Of a DNA stretch of 64,000 nt, positions 11,501 to 20,399 are shown one piece after another (the stretch's first letter is position 1; each line of letters opens with the position of its first letter). The notes under the pieces are model-generated. The model made no database searches and had not been told where the DNA came from. It was given only the letters and a program-made list of their open reading frames with translations. Made by a program: the position numbers and the translations under genes. This stretch comes from a virus: positions 92,878 to 156,877 of IMG/VR virus record IMGVR_UViG_3300042453_002354; one strand, given 5' to 3'.

Positions 11501-12970
11501 TAGAAATGAACCGTCTGCCGCTGGTGGTGCTTTTGGCGAACTTGTATTTTCCATAAATTCTCTTGTTCTACTAAAAAGTAGAACTTGTCTCATGGATTGC
11601 TTCGTTGTTGTAGATTCACCCCATAATGTGATCGGTAGACCTTTAATGTTTGTTACTCTAATGAATGGACCCTTCATTGTTCTAACAATTTCTGGTTTTG
11701 ATGTAACAAAATCCAAAGCCTTTTTACCTACAAGTCTGGATCTGTCAAGTTTTTCCAATTCATAACCCTTAACATATGCCTTGCCAGGATCTATTTGATA
11801 CACCATTCTGGTGTCGGCGGCCGCAAGAAATGCTTCTTCATTGACTCCAGGTAAATATCCATCATTATATACGTGATAACCTGATATTCCCAAAAATTGC
11901 TGTCCTATTAATTCAGCCGCATTTGGTGTGCTTCTCTTGAGCATATCCTTGGTATAATGACCACTATTAGTTCCATCATTGAAAAATTCACTAGGAACTA
12001 CAACGAAAGGTTTTATAGTGTAATTGCCAGATTCATCAAACGTTCTTCTGGCCAATTCGTCTTGAATTAAATTATAATTTGTTTTGTTAGGAGGCGTTGC
12101 GGGAATACCATCAATCAGTCTAATCAATTCTATGAAATTTTTATCAGTTACGGACGTAGTTGTTAATTTATCAATCGCCCTTGTCGATAATACTAGATCT
12201 ATTTTTAATCTATGTGCTCCTGGCGCCGCATAGTTTGGAGAACCTTGAGCATTATCCAATAAACTCTCATCTTCTTCTGGTGTAACTATAGATTGAACTA
12301 TTGACAATCCTATGCTTCCAGTATGTCTATCATTTTCAGGATCGACAACAATCGATTGTTGTTTTACTACTGCAAAAAATCCATTAGTAAAATAAACACC
12401 TTCTTTAATGTTGGCACCTGTTCCTGTACCAATTACCGAATTTGAATTGTTTAAGGTTTCTAATTGTATTCCAGAATCTTCTACACTTAATATTTCATTT
12501 GCAAGAAATGTTTTTAATGCACCTTGCAATCCACCACTAGACTCTGTTCCGGCAGTTAAATATTTGACATATAATCTTATTACACCAGCTCCATCAATTG
12601 GTGTATAATTAACGATTCTTGCTTTTACGCCGGTCGTACTTGATATAACTTTATTTAAAAAATTAGTTTGAATTGCAACATCATCTACAAAATAAATCGA
12701 ATTGTCAATTCCGCCTGTCTTGTTTACATATATTTTAACGTAGGTGTAATTTGAATCAAAAGTTGTGATGCCAGGAATGACCATAGCACCTTCTTTGAAG
12801 AAGTGTTGTCCCATTCTATCGATTTGGGACTGGAACATAGTTTGTAATTGCGTCAGCTCTCTGGCCTGTACCGCAAACCTTGGTCTGAAAAGCATCCTAT
12901 AGAATTGCTTATCCGAATCATAATCATCAAAGTAAGGAGCACTTTTTAATTGATCTTTTATATCGGTCAT
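5540..12970 (-). CDS. DUF4815 / VrlC-like large virion (baseplate-associated) protein
   Basis: 2476 aa; PYFDDYD..KQFYRMLFRP.FAVQARELTQLQ; LLDNAQGSPNYAAPGAHRLKI; RYTMRDIGKIEDRI..IEYYTSLSLLE; DRFKNGFLVDNF. Confidence 0.85.
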   Translation of the reverse strand: MTDIKDQLKSAPYFDDYDSDKQFYRMLFRPRFAVQARELTQLQTMFQSQIDRMGQHFFKEGAMVIPGITTFDSNYTYVKIYVNKTGGIDNSIYFVDDVAIQTNFLNKVISSTTGVKARIVNYTPIDGAGVIRLYVKYLTAGTESSGGLQGALKTFLANEILSVEDSGIQLETLNNSNSVIGTGTGANIKEGVYFTNGFFAVVKQQSIVVDPENDRHTGSIGLSIVQSIVTPEEDESLLDNAQGSPNYAAPGAHRLKIDLVLSTRAIDKLTTTSVTDKNFIELIRLIDGIPATPPNKTNYNLIQDELARRTFDESGNYTIKPFVVVPSEFFNDGTNSGHYTKDMLKRSTPNAAELIGQQFLGISGYHVYNDGYLPGVNEEAFLAAADTRMVYQIDPGKAYVKGYELEKLDRSRLVGKKALDFVTSKPEIVRTMKGPFIRVTNIKGLPITLWGESTTTKQSMRQVLLFSRTREFMENTSSPKAPPAADGSFLTGPTKTIDSAYCIGTARVLYFDFDDGTPGTSAAAYRLHLTDIQITKDDHSFEHVQSIFQGGADGTAGFSCDVIQFSEPFEGADITITPASNFRGVATGNGTYWRTTEYQQLSKNDCIIHEDSNQVKYHYYVVNAPLDNQKVQLDAAKSDAKTNITISRVYTDLEDQDASVLLYVIPKGFIRSIDEDKFDYTAQKLFVRTLSSNTITIILSADQGAFPSYSPTEWFFSDSAGNTLKAENVTFNSSTEVVVTFSSLVTAGNITAIVPCRISGENNASPKQKTLRTGTYQNTGTPSGQYYVLTDALKTDLQSISLGVEDVIRVKHIYMSSDFTTAPSASNIDIVDRYELDDGQRDSFYDIASIKLKRGAQPPTGRLAIVFDYFEHSVDGNYFSIESYPVGAGFSISDIPKYTSTDSGTSYPLADVLDFRSTKSNTGTFNSKICYVPESDIFIQFEHFLHRNDKIYIRTDGSFGIVEGVSSLKPVMPDDPLDGMVVAEVELPALTSDLKKVVLTHRNNRRYTMRDIGKIEDRITQIEYYTSLSLLEKNTETLVIKDADGNDRFKNGFLVDNFRGHAVGDVQNEDYSCAVDPKEGELRPAFVERMIELKEVQSYETNPLGFTEISSGNAGNVERNQIGYTMKNDLIMLPYESVESVSQRIASDFININPFDVVTFVGQVKLEPESDEFKNTEKSEPLSVNFDNGLADALTNLSEGLGTVYTKDATQFSTNVVGTKTEIDSITSPPLPGPAFGNGMRPNQQMQWLNNRMKKQSDLQRRERDLEQLRGKLASSKDQKEKKGLSNKIKGIETEIKKLKKYINGRTTPPQNKYPRLQVQGERTITSKETTARGGVKLKVTPSVINQSIGESVKEINFAEFCRSQIVKFTLNGFKPNVRVYAFIDNIPVTHFCIPSSAGKEIVMSKVERPVSFKVRDELIESVKNSFPVVSGSASSSTNVVYFNPVIGSKNASGDFPLIADSTGAITGYLHIPDGKPIYTSTGKVLEDSSDNPSFKTGTKVIKFIDSAQNIQADSESSGSARFECKGLIEKRQETILSTRGAKLSTEYDNFEKTISTSTENSYKLNKVCWVDPIAETINITDEGGAFITGVTLYFRNKPHVGSGSRSIQFKDRSGSANPVIPVSVEIRETVAGVPGPKLVPGSKTYLYPNQIVINDIDGDTPIDDPSGRNVGRLYISVPVHPTVSESDPSFWTTTDHYHYGPFETFSSDPDTEAKWNTKTRSFVNGYGPQSSNFEAGFVGTYFEFDYPVYLQEKSEYAIVVMANTQDYEVWYARIGQSIVGKADIIQNTASYNGVFLKSANSSTWTPDQQADLMFKLHKAEFDISKNPIVTLVNENLSFDKLKNNPFKVEAGCNVLKVFHKNHGMRNRVEDNRKPRVKISGLVESVGGIDTKYINTESSDSVRLYHDVTVLDYDSYSIEIFDENGNPKDASETNYSAGGSTIFATADIQADEITANLVDMKLEGTEINYNYRITSGSGVHGSDVNPYVLPDVADFEDVQPGENVIFEEPKLIASVANEGEWTLDEPTIAGIITTPGNIEGSSKSLFVQATLSSDNPNITPILDISRSNFGIIGNKVSDPGLIDEYRTIADPTDYVFFGWKQDSATCSVTANTNTISVPTPSIYHVGGYVLVQSGTSKNLRKITSIVSSQLTVDKKFTITSSTATCSSSGLDVWSFGDEEVMVAENATVSISGDSFSTSNYAVISTLSELFPGMLLGINGTSKKTVRLISVTRPDSTSMTVRVDADLTGIGTSVDISYYRDVITCSSDGLATYAQAREIGKSVLSSMRSGQYVKVMNSTDNKNDATYEITKISEIIDSSPDYKLRIEVKYDSDYDPASTSSNVTVLGIEDFYSSESPTGHTAPCKYVTKRMILRHPATALKVRFLANVQEGQSVEAFAKMSGSDENEKFDNVRYIKLTPVGNKLPGNSIDSNTFNDFEYEETLLAPFSEVAVKLVLTGNDSTKPIRVKDLQVIALDS

Positions 12971-13083
12971 AATGAAATTCCGCTAAAGTGTGATTTTGTT
13001 ATATTTAGTCGATAATAACCGAGATTATTTTTAGTAGATTTTTATGTTCTAGAATATTATTTGTATAGTGTATCATATACAAA

Positions 13084-14736
13084 TTAAAATTCTATGATAA
13101 CTTTTATGGTTTCAGTTTGATCTGGCGATCTTAAAATAGGTCTACGATTTTCAAAATAAATTATGTCGCCACTATATTTTTGGACTTCTGGATTCACTAT
13201 TGCGCTAATTGTGGCAGAAGCACTTCCAGAAATTACCGAGTTTCCTACATTAAAGGTTTCGTAACCAGTTTCTGGTATTTGCACAAATACTAAATCTTTA
13301 TTAGTACCGTTATCTAATACCTCTATCAAGAACCCCTGTGCGACTCCAGGCGTTTGTTCTACCAATGTACTATCAAGAGCAAAGGTACCTACTATCGAGC
13401 TAACAGTGAGTCTCGAACTGGCACTTGCTGTCAATCCTGAAAAAATTGTTCCAGAAGATCCGAATGTTTCTGGATTTCTAATAATGCCAATTTGTCTATA
13501 ATCATTTGATATTGGAAAATCGCCAGAACCTTCTGAGTAAGTTAAATCGACATTGAGCATAACATAGTGTCCGCCCAATTCTTCGACGGGATCTGCGCCG
13601 TGACCTTGACTTGGTGGTAAAACAACAACGACCTGTGCCAAATTACTTCCGCTATTTGCTCCGGTAACAGTTGCGGTTGCGTAAGAATAACCAGTTCCTG
13701 CATTAATTAATGATACAGACGTTATTCCATTTGGTGATGAAAAATTTATATTTGCCTTTGCTCTAGCACCCGTACCATCGCCGGTGATATTTACTGTAGG
13801 CAAAACTTGAAATTGAGAAGTTAAATCTATAGATAATGTAGATTCTAGAACGAATTCTTTAGTAGATCCTAGATAACTTATAACCTTGGAAGAACTTCCT
13901 GCTCCGGTCCCCGATACTATCCACACAGTAGCTCCTGCATACCATCCATTGTTGGTAACGGCAGAAGAGCTAGGTGCTGAAATGGATTGATTTGGTCCTA
14001 CTAATCCTATACTCTCCACAGGAGTTGTATTTAAAACTCTATCATATAGAGTTCCAGCATTAATCACTTGAATGGAATCTATTACTCCAGTATTTTCTGC
14101 ACCTTGTTGTACATCCCATTGTGTCGAACCATCATCAGACTCTAGAGTTTTGACTGGCATCCAATGATCGGTTAAATATTTTAATGCATCGCCGGTTTGT
14201 ACGGTGTACATATATTTCCACCTATAACCATCAGCTAAACTTATAACCAGCAAAGGATTACTTTCATCCGCTACGGGTTCTATTGTAGATTTAACGCCGC
14301 CATTGTTGGACAAACATTTAAAAACTTGAAAATATTGATTCATTGCATAAATGTTTCCTGGTGTGTAACCATTGGCATTTCCGCTCGTAACTTCACTGGA
14401 AGTCGGATGCTCGAATATGTGCGGATCTTGGTCAGAATATGCAACATAAACTGTATTTCCTGTTGCGTCCCAATTCCATCTAGGAATAACAAAAGAAGAA
14501 TTATTAGGTGTAATTTTTTTGAGACCCATCATTCCGTCCCAAATTCTTCTTTCACTGTATAGTGTATCTTTCGGAACATCGGGTATTAAATCGGCGTTGG
14601 TGGTTGCTGTGTTCCACGCCTGTGGTCTGCTTACAAACAAATAATGCGTATCTGCACCCACGGAAGAGTCTTCTATCGCATCTTTAAATATGCGAGCCTG
14701 CATGAATCGAAATTTATTAGTTATTATTGCAACCAT
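13084..14736 (-). CDS. gp8: Baseplate wedge subunit
   Basis: MVAIITNKFR; VFKCLSNNGG..ST.EP; DGYRWKYMYT; GHGADPVEELGG; DYRQIGIIRNP; YSGDIIYFENR.PI.RS.DQ.E.IK.IIEF. Confidence 0.88.
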   Translation of the reverse strand: MVAIITNKFRFMQARIFKDAIEDSSVGADTHYLFVSRPQAWNTATTNADLIPDVPKDTLYSERRIWDGMMGLKKITPNNSSFVIPRWNWDATGNTVYVAYSDQDPHIFEHPTSSEVTSGNANGYTPGNIYAMNQYFQVFKCLSNNGGVKSTIEPVADESNPLLVISLADGYRWKYMYTVQTGDALKYLTDHWMPVKTLESDDGSTQWDVQQGAENTGVIDSIQVINAGTLYDRVLNTTPVESIGLVGPNQSISAPSSSAVTNNGWYAGATVWIVSGTGAGSSSKVISYLGSTKEFVLESTLSIDLTSQFQVLPTVNITGDGTGARAKANINFSSPNGITSVSLINAGTGYSYATATVTGANSGSNLAQVVVVLPPSQGHGADPVEELGGHYVMLNVDLTYSEGSGDFPISNDYRQIGIIRNPETFGSSGTIFSGLTASASSRLTVSSIVGTFALDSTLVEQTPGVAQGFLIEVLDNGTNKDLVFVQIPETGYETFNVGNSVISGSASATISAIVNPEVQKYSGDIIYFENRRPILRSPDQTETIKVIIEF

Positions 14737-14780
14737 CGAACATTTCCTTAAAATGTTATTATGTCATTATTTAGTATTGT

Positions 14781-17700
14781 TTAATTACGTTTAATTGCGG
14801 CCGCTTGTCCTTGTCCACCGCCTGATATTAATAACCAATCGGTATCGGTTCCTATTTGAGTAAATGTTAATACGCTAGTATTTTGAAGTACACCAAGTCC
14901 TAGAGGAGCCTCCATATTGTCGGTTCCGGCTGCCCATAGCGTGCCGTCCGTTTTAATGGCAAATGTAGATAAATCCCTACCTTCAATTAATCTCCAGTTA
15001 GTATCAGAACCTATTTGTATAGGAACGAGTGAATCGGTAGTTGTTCCGTTTCCAAACACTCTGTAGTTATTCCATCCCCAAGCCCATAATGTTCCATTAT
15101 TTTTAATCGCAAATGTATATTGATATCCTGCATATATTTCTTTCCAATCCGTATCGGTTCCTATTTGTATTGGAGATGTTTTTTGTATTGTTGTACCATC
15201 ACCAAGTTGGCCGTAAGCGTTATATCCCCAAGCCCAAAGAGTTCCATTATTTTTTAGTGCTATAGTGTGTGAATTTCCTGCGGAAACTTTCATCCAATTC
15301 GTATCACTTCCTATTTGAACTGGCGAATTTCTTTGAGTGGTAGTACCGTCTCCAAGACGACCATTTACGTTATATCCCCAAGCCCAGAGGGTACCATTGC
15401 TCTTGATTGCAACTGTGTGGAATTGTCCTCCCGACACACTACTCCAATTCGTATCACTTCCTATTTGAGTAGGTGAAGTTCTTCCGGTTGTATCTCCCAC
15501 TCCCAATCGACCATATAAACCAGCACCCCAAGTCCAGAGGGTACCATTGCTTTTAATTGCAAGACTATGATAGTTGCCCGCCGAGATGTAAGTCCAGTCA
15601 CTATCACTTCCTATTTGTGCAGGAGTTCCATTTGCATTATTGTTTGTGGTTGTGCCTTTTCCTAACTGTCCGTTGGTGTTTAATCCCCAAGACCATATTG
15701 TTCCGTCCAATTTTAGTGCAATCATATGCTGATAGCCTACGGAAATATCTTTCCATTTTACTCCACTACTAATCAAAGTGGGACTTGATTTGTCAGAATC
15801 TAACGCATCAGTTTGATATGAACCATTTCCAAGCACACCATAAAGTGCATCGCCCCAAGTGTATAATAAACCATTAGAACCTAATAATTCAGTTTGTCCA
15901 AAAGATTCTCCTGTACTTATACCACCACAGAAAATCGGTTCAGGAGAACTTGCGTCAAGTAATGCACCAACATGCCATCCATTTGCTTCAATTTTGTTCC
16001 ATGTTAAATATGTTGTAATTTTTTCTGGTGTTGTAACAAATTCAGTAAAACTTGATGTGATTGGTAGTCGGTAGTTACTACCCCAAGCCCATAAAGAGCC
16101 ATCAACTTTTAATGCAAATGAATATGCTGCATTATTAAATATAACGTAAGCACCTGCAACATCATCCCAGTCTGTTTCTGTGCCCACCTGAATTGGTTCA
16201 AGAACTGTGCTAGTAATACTACCTATTCCTAATTCGCCAGTATATTGAGTACCCCAAGACCAAAGTGTTCCGTTAGTTTTAACTCCTAATGTATGCCAAC
16301 CACCCGATGCGACAGTTTTCCAATCCGTATCAGTGCCCACTTGAGTTGGTGTTGTTCTATCTACGGTCGTTCCATCACCAAGCTGACCGGAGGCATTGTG
16401 ACCCCAAGCCCACAGCGTTCCGTCTACTTTTATTGCAAACGATCTGAGGTGGATTGCGAATATAGATGACCAATTCGAGTCTGTTCCGATTTGTACAGGA
16501 GTTAATCTATCTACATTTGTACCATCGCCTAATTGACCTTCGGCATTTCTACCCCAAGCCCATAAAGTTCCATCAGATTTCAATCCAAGGAAATGATTAA
16601 CGCCCGCATCTATATCAGTCCAGATATTTGAATCAAATAACGTAGGATTTGGCGATGGGTTAAGTGCGCCGTTGTAAAATTGTCCGTTATACGTATTTGA
16701 CCATAGGGTTCCATCATTTCTAATTGATATTATAGTTGCACCATCGTTCCACGGTGCGCCACTATTCGTTATTGATGTTTTTATCCAAGCCGATCCTAAG
16801 ACATCCATTGAGCCGTCAAATCTTCCAGCCCAATTTGTCTGATCTGATTTAATGGCGGAAAACATTCTACCAAAAAGATTAAAATCGGACCAAGTGTTGT
16901 CACGTTGCTCTACCGGAACTCCATACGACACATCACTTCTTCCTGTTACTTTTTTTATAAAATTATCCCTATGCCATCCCCATAACGTATTTGTCGGAGT
17001 TAAATTTGTCTCTTCGGGTGTTGCAATAGTATTACCAAATGCTTCTCCTGTACTTATACCATTACAAAAAATAGGTTTAGGTGATGTTACATCTAAAATT
17101 CCACCACTTTGAAATGCGTGTGTTTGTATTCTATTCCATTTTAAATACGTTGTCAGTTTTTGTGGTGTCGTGCTAATATCTGTACCAGAAGAATCGCTCA
17201 ATAGTCTAGATCCCCATCCCCAACTCCACAATGACTTGTCTGATTTTATTGCATATGAATATCCACCACCGTAAATAAATCCTGTAGCAATTTCCGTCCA
17301 ATCATCATCGGTGTCAATTTGAATTGGTTGAGCCTTTGAAATTGTAGTACCATCACCTAATTGACCTGTGGTGTTATCTCCCCATGCCCACAGAGTTCCG
17401 TTCGATTTTATAGCTAAATGGTGTCCACCTGAAGTTGAGACATTAATGCAATTAAAACCTTGTTGTTCGTTTAGATAGTCAAGAGTTGTCCAAATTACAT
17501 TATTAGATTCGTCTGTTATTTTTATTGCTATTCCACTCGGATTGTCGGGATTCGGGTGTGGTTCATTGATATAAGAAGCTACAAGTACATGTGTTCCGGC
17601 GGTTAAAGTGATAGATATGTTTGAACTTGAACCGAAATTATTTGAAGAAGTCCAAGTCTGTCCTGCTATGCTATAAGATCCGAGATTATCGGCAGCATAT

Positions 17701-20399
17701 TGAAAGTTATATGTTCCACTGATCGGTATATGTATGGAAGTTGTAAATTCAAATGTTCCTACAGTATTAATATTTCCATAATTAATGGACCAATCATTCA
17801 TGAATTGACCCCACGCATAGTGAGATGACTTAAACCAAGTAGGATCGATTAAAACCTTTGTTATGGTCGTTCCGATTTTCCAAAGTGTTCCATCATTTTT
17901 AATTGCAAATGACGCATATCCACCTGCCGCTATAAAAGACCAATCTGTATCAGTGCCCACTTGAATCGGGGTTATTGAATCTACAGTTGTTCCATCGCCA
18001 AGCTGACCTTCAACGTTTCGTCCCCACGACCACAAGGTTCCATCAGACTTTAGTGCTAAAAAGTGGTTAATTCCGCTGTCAAGACTTACCCAATCAGTAT
18101 CGGCGTTCAATAAGGTTGGTGCTGTGTGTGTAGAAGATTCGTACCAAAGATAGTGTGGCCAAGTCCAGAGCGTACCGTCATCTTTAATTCCGGCATTTCC
18201 GTAATTTCCTCCCCCAACGTACTGAACGCCTGTAATTTTGACAAAATTTGAATCTCTATTAAATGTTAAACCGGCAAATATATTATCTTCCCATAGTTGT
18301 CCATCTTGCTTGAGTGCCATCAACAATTCGCCACTACCAAATCCTCCTTTTAGTATAACATCTGAGTATGGTATTAAATTGTCTTCATTTATTGGAGTCG
18401 ATTGTAATTTTGGTAAAGTTCCATTTCCAACGTATCCCCAAGTGTACAAAGTTTCTTCGGGAGGCAAAACTATCGGAGATAGACCAAGATCTATATTGAC
18501 ACTACCAAACTGTTCATTAGAATTTATAGATGAAGTTAAGATCGATGTCGCACCACTCAATATTGAAGGAGTTCCAAATATTTCTTGTGTGTGAATGTTG
18601 ATAGTAAATAACTGTTTTGATCCGCTAGGAAAGGGTGATGCAGTATCGCATAAAGGATCTTTTAAAATTGGTTCTGGTTGTATCTTGGTTCTTAACCAAG
18701 GTTTCATCCAAAAATCACCAACAATGATATCAAAGAAATCTTTTATTTGATAATTTGCAAAATCGGTTTTCCAATAATTTGAATTACCCGAATATAACAA
18801 TCTATCTTCATCATTTCCACCATTTGGTTTATATGTAAATTTAAATCTATCGATGCTGTTTAATGATGCACCATTTCTGTATCTGACTAGACTTTCTAGT
18901 TGATATTCATCGAGTTCAGGTTGTATGTTAGGATCGACTTCTAATTTTAATTCTACATCTAACGGCTTAAATGAAATATCATTATACTCAACTTCGTTGT
19001 GCCAAGTAATCTGTAAATTATTTTGTACTTTCGTCTCACTTGAAATAAAGTTTTCACTTAAAAAGTTTCCAAATAATTTTAAACCCGATGGATGAATTAA
19101 ATCTTTAACAAAAGATTCATAAAAGTCAAAAGATTCACTAACCTTGATTACATAAGAAAATTGTTGATAGTAAAAACTATCTTGTATAAATTTTGCATCA
19201 CTTAATTTTCCATCATCATTTAAGAAATATCCTTTATATTTTATTATTGTACCAACTTGAGGAATTATGTGTAATTGATTATCACCATCCGGTTCGTAAA
19301 CTAATATATTGTTGTAAGTTCTTTCACCAATTTTTACTTCACTAAATGCTGTTGGTGGTATTTTAAATCCTGGAGAAACAATATCAACTTTTGTTACATT
19401 GCCTAAAGTATTTACGGTAGATACAGTGGCCTTAAAATCTTGAATATTAAAGTTTTGAAAATTACTGACTATCTCAGTTCCTATGGAATAGTTTGAACCT
19501 TTGTCGAATAATTTAAAACCAGTTACGCAAGTTACAGGATTTGCGAAAACGTTTGGAGCCTCATCGGAGTATAGAGTCTCGCCAGGATAGAATTCTCCTG
19601 TTATTGAACTTCTATTTAAAAATAACTCGTATACTACATTTAAACCTATCTCAAGTTTTATGGCATATTCAACAAATGCGGAACTTTGACTATTTTGCCC
19701 AATTATTTTTTTATTGATGAATGCAAATGGAGTATCTGCCGAATTGGTTGGCATCTCAACTCTAACAGAATAGTTTTGAATCCATTTTCCATCAGATGGT
19801 CGGAGCATATCCACACGAGGATAATAGAAATCAATTTCAGCACCTAATATTAATCTAAACAAATATTTGTATGCTCTTTCTGTTCCTTTTGCACCATAAA
19901 ATTGCACAATGTTTTTTATGGCATTTTGTATCTTAACTCTATTGTTTGGATTTGCAGGATCTACGTATAATTCTTTAGGAAATCTAGACATCACTTCTTT
20001 TTGAAGTGAATGTAAAAATGGGTCTTCAGTTGTGTCAAGATCTTGCAATCTAGGTAGATCTTTACTTAATCCTAAAGCATTGCCTCTGATTTCCATCCAT
20101 TCGTAATATTTTTCTAGAAAATCTATAAATCTAGGAAAATCAGATTGAACATATTGTGGCAATCTATGCTTAACTATTTTTGCTATGCTTTGAATTTGTC
20201 TCGGTTGTTTTATGACGGTAGGAGATCCGTGAACTTCTCCGGAAGCAATTGAAGAAGGAACTAAATTTTGTAAATTAACCTTTGGTGAGCTAACGATAGA
20301 AGCTGTCGAAATTGAGGATGGTTTAACGACACCAACCATCACATGGTTTGATGATGAAAATCCAGAACTTATGCCAGTACATGTTATAGATTGTGACAT
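14781..20399 (-). CDS. gp7: Baseplate wedge initiator (gp7-like) fused to C-terminal RCC1/BLIP-II-like repeats
   Basis: LPQYVQSDFPRFIDFLEKYYEWME, FYGAKGTERAYKYLFR, PSDGKW, IQDSFYYQQFSYVIK, LIHPSGLKLFG; lies between gp6 and gp8; C-terminal ~1200 aa of IKxDGTLWAWGxNxxGQLGDGTT repeats. Confidence 0.8.
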   Translation of the reverse strand: MSQSITCTGISSGFSSSNHVMVGVVKPSSISTASIVSSPKVNLQNLVPSSIASGEVHGSPTVIKQPRQIQSIAKIVKHRLPQYVQSDFPRFIDFLEKYYEWMEIRGNALGLSKDLPRLQDLDTTEDPFLHSLQKEVMSRFPKELYVDPANPNNRVKIQNAIKNIVQFYGAKGTERAYKYLFRLILGAEIDFYYPRVDMLRPSDGKWIQNYSVRVEMPTNSADTPFAFINKKIIGQNSQSSAFVEYAIKLEIGLNVVYELFLNRSSITGEFYPGETLYSDEAPNVFANPVTCVTGFKLFDKGSNYSIGTEIVSNFQNFNIQDFKATVSTVNTLGNVTKVDIVSPGFKIPPTAFSEVKIGERTYNNILVYEPDGDNQLHIIPQVGTIIKYKGYFLNDDGKLSDAKFIQDSFYYQQFSYVIKVSESFDFYESFVKDLIHPSGLKLFGNFLSENFISSETKVQNNLQITWHNEVEYNDISFKPLDVELKLEVDPNIQPELDEYQLESLVRYRNGASLNSIDRFKFTYKPNGGNDEDRLLYSGNSNYWKTDFANYQIKDFFDIIVGDFWMKPWLRTKIQPEPILKDPLCDTASPFPSGSKQLFTINIHTQEIFGTPSILSGATSILTSSINSNEQFGSVNIDLGLSPIVLPPEETLYTWGYVGNGTLPKLQSTPINEDNLIPYSDVILKGGFGSGELLMALKQDGQLWEDNIFAGLTFNRDSNFVKITGVQYVGGGNYGNAGIKDDGTLWTWPHYLWYESSTHTAPTLLNADTDWVSLDSGINHFLALKSDGTLWSWGRNVEGQLGDGTTVDSITPIQVGTDTDWSFIAAGGYASFAIKNDGTLWKIGTTITKVLIDPTWFKSSHYAWGQFMNDWSINYGNINTVGTFEFTTSIHIPISGTYNFQYAADNLGSYSIAGQTWTSSNNFGSSSNISITLTAGTHVLVASYINEPHPNPDNPSGIAIKITDESNNVIWTTLDYLNEQQGFNCINVSTSGGHHLAIKSNGTLWAWGDNTTGQLGDGTTISKAQPIQIDTDDDWTEIATGFIYGGGYSYAIKSDKSLWSWGWGSRLLSDSSGTDISTTPQKLTTYLKWNRIQTHAFQSGGILDVTSPKPIFCNGISTGEAFGNTIATPEETNLTPTNTLWGWHRDNFIKKVTGRSDVSYGVPVEQRDNTWSDFNLFGRMFSAIKSDQTNWAGRFDGSMDVLGSAWIKTSITNSGAPWNDGATIISIRNDGTLWSNTYNGQFYNGALNPSPNPTLFDSNIWTDIDAGVNHFLGLKSDGTLWAWGRNAEGQLGDGTNVDRLTPVQIGTDSNWSSIFAIHLRSFAIKVDGTLWAWGHNASGQLGDGTTVDRTTPTQVGTDTDWKTVASGGWHTLGVKTNGTLWSWGTQYTGELGIGSITSTVLEPIQVGTETDWDDVAGAYVIFNNAAYSFALKVDGSLWAWGSNYRLPITSSFTEFVTTPEKITTYLTWNKIEANGWHVGALLDASSPEPIFCGGISTGESFGQTELLGSNGLLYTWGDALYGVLGNGSYQTDALDSDKSSPTLISSGVKWKDISVGYQHMIALKLDGTIWSWGLNTNGQLGKGTTTNNNANGTPAQIGSDSDWTYISAGNYHSLAIKSNGTLWTWGAGLYGRLGVGDTTGRTSPTQIGSDTNWSSVSGGQFHTVAIKSNGTLWAWGYNVNGRLGDGTTTQRNSPVQIGSDTNWMKVSAGNSHTIALKNNGTLWAWGYNAYGQLGDGTTIQKTSPIQIGTDTDWKEIYAGYQYTFAIKNNGTLWAWGWNNYRVFGNGTTTDSLVPIQIGSDTNWRLIEGRDLSTFAIKTDGTLWAAGTDNMEAPLGLGVLQNTSVLTFTQIGTDTDWLLISGGGQGQAAAIKRN

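Noticed and set aside
5540-12970. Intein or intron in the 2476-aa gene
   Set aside because: No intein splice-junction or LAGLIDADG motifs noticed; the frame is continuous.
14781-18450. DNA-level repeats in the RCC1 region as a diversity-generating retroelement TR/VR pair
   Set aside because: Repeats are in-frame protein repeats, I saw no adenine-specific mismatch pattern, and there is no reverse transcriptase in the window.
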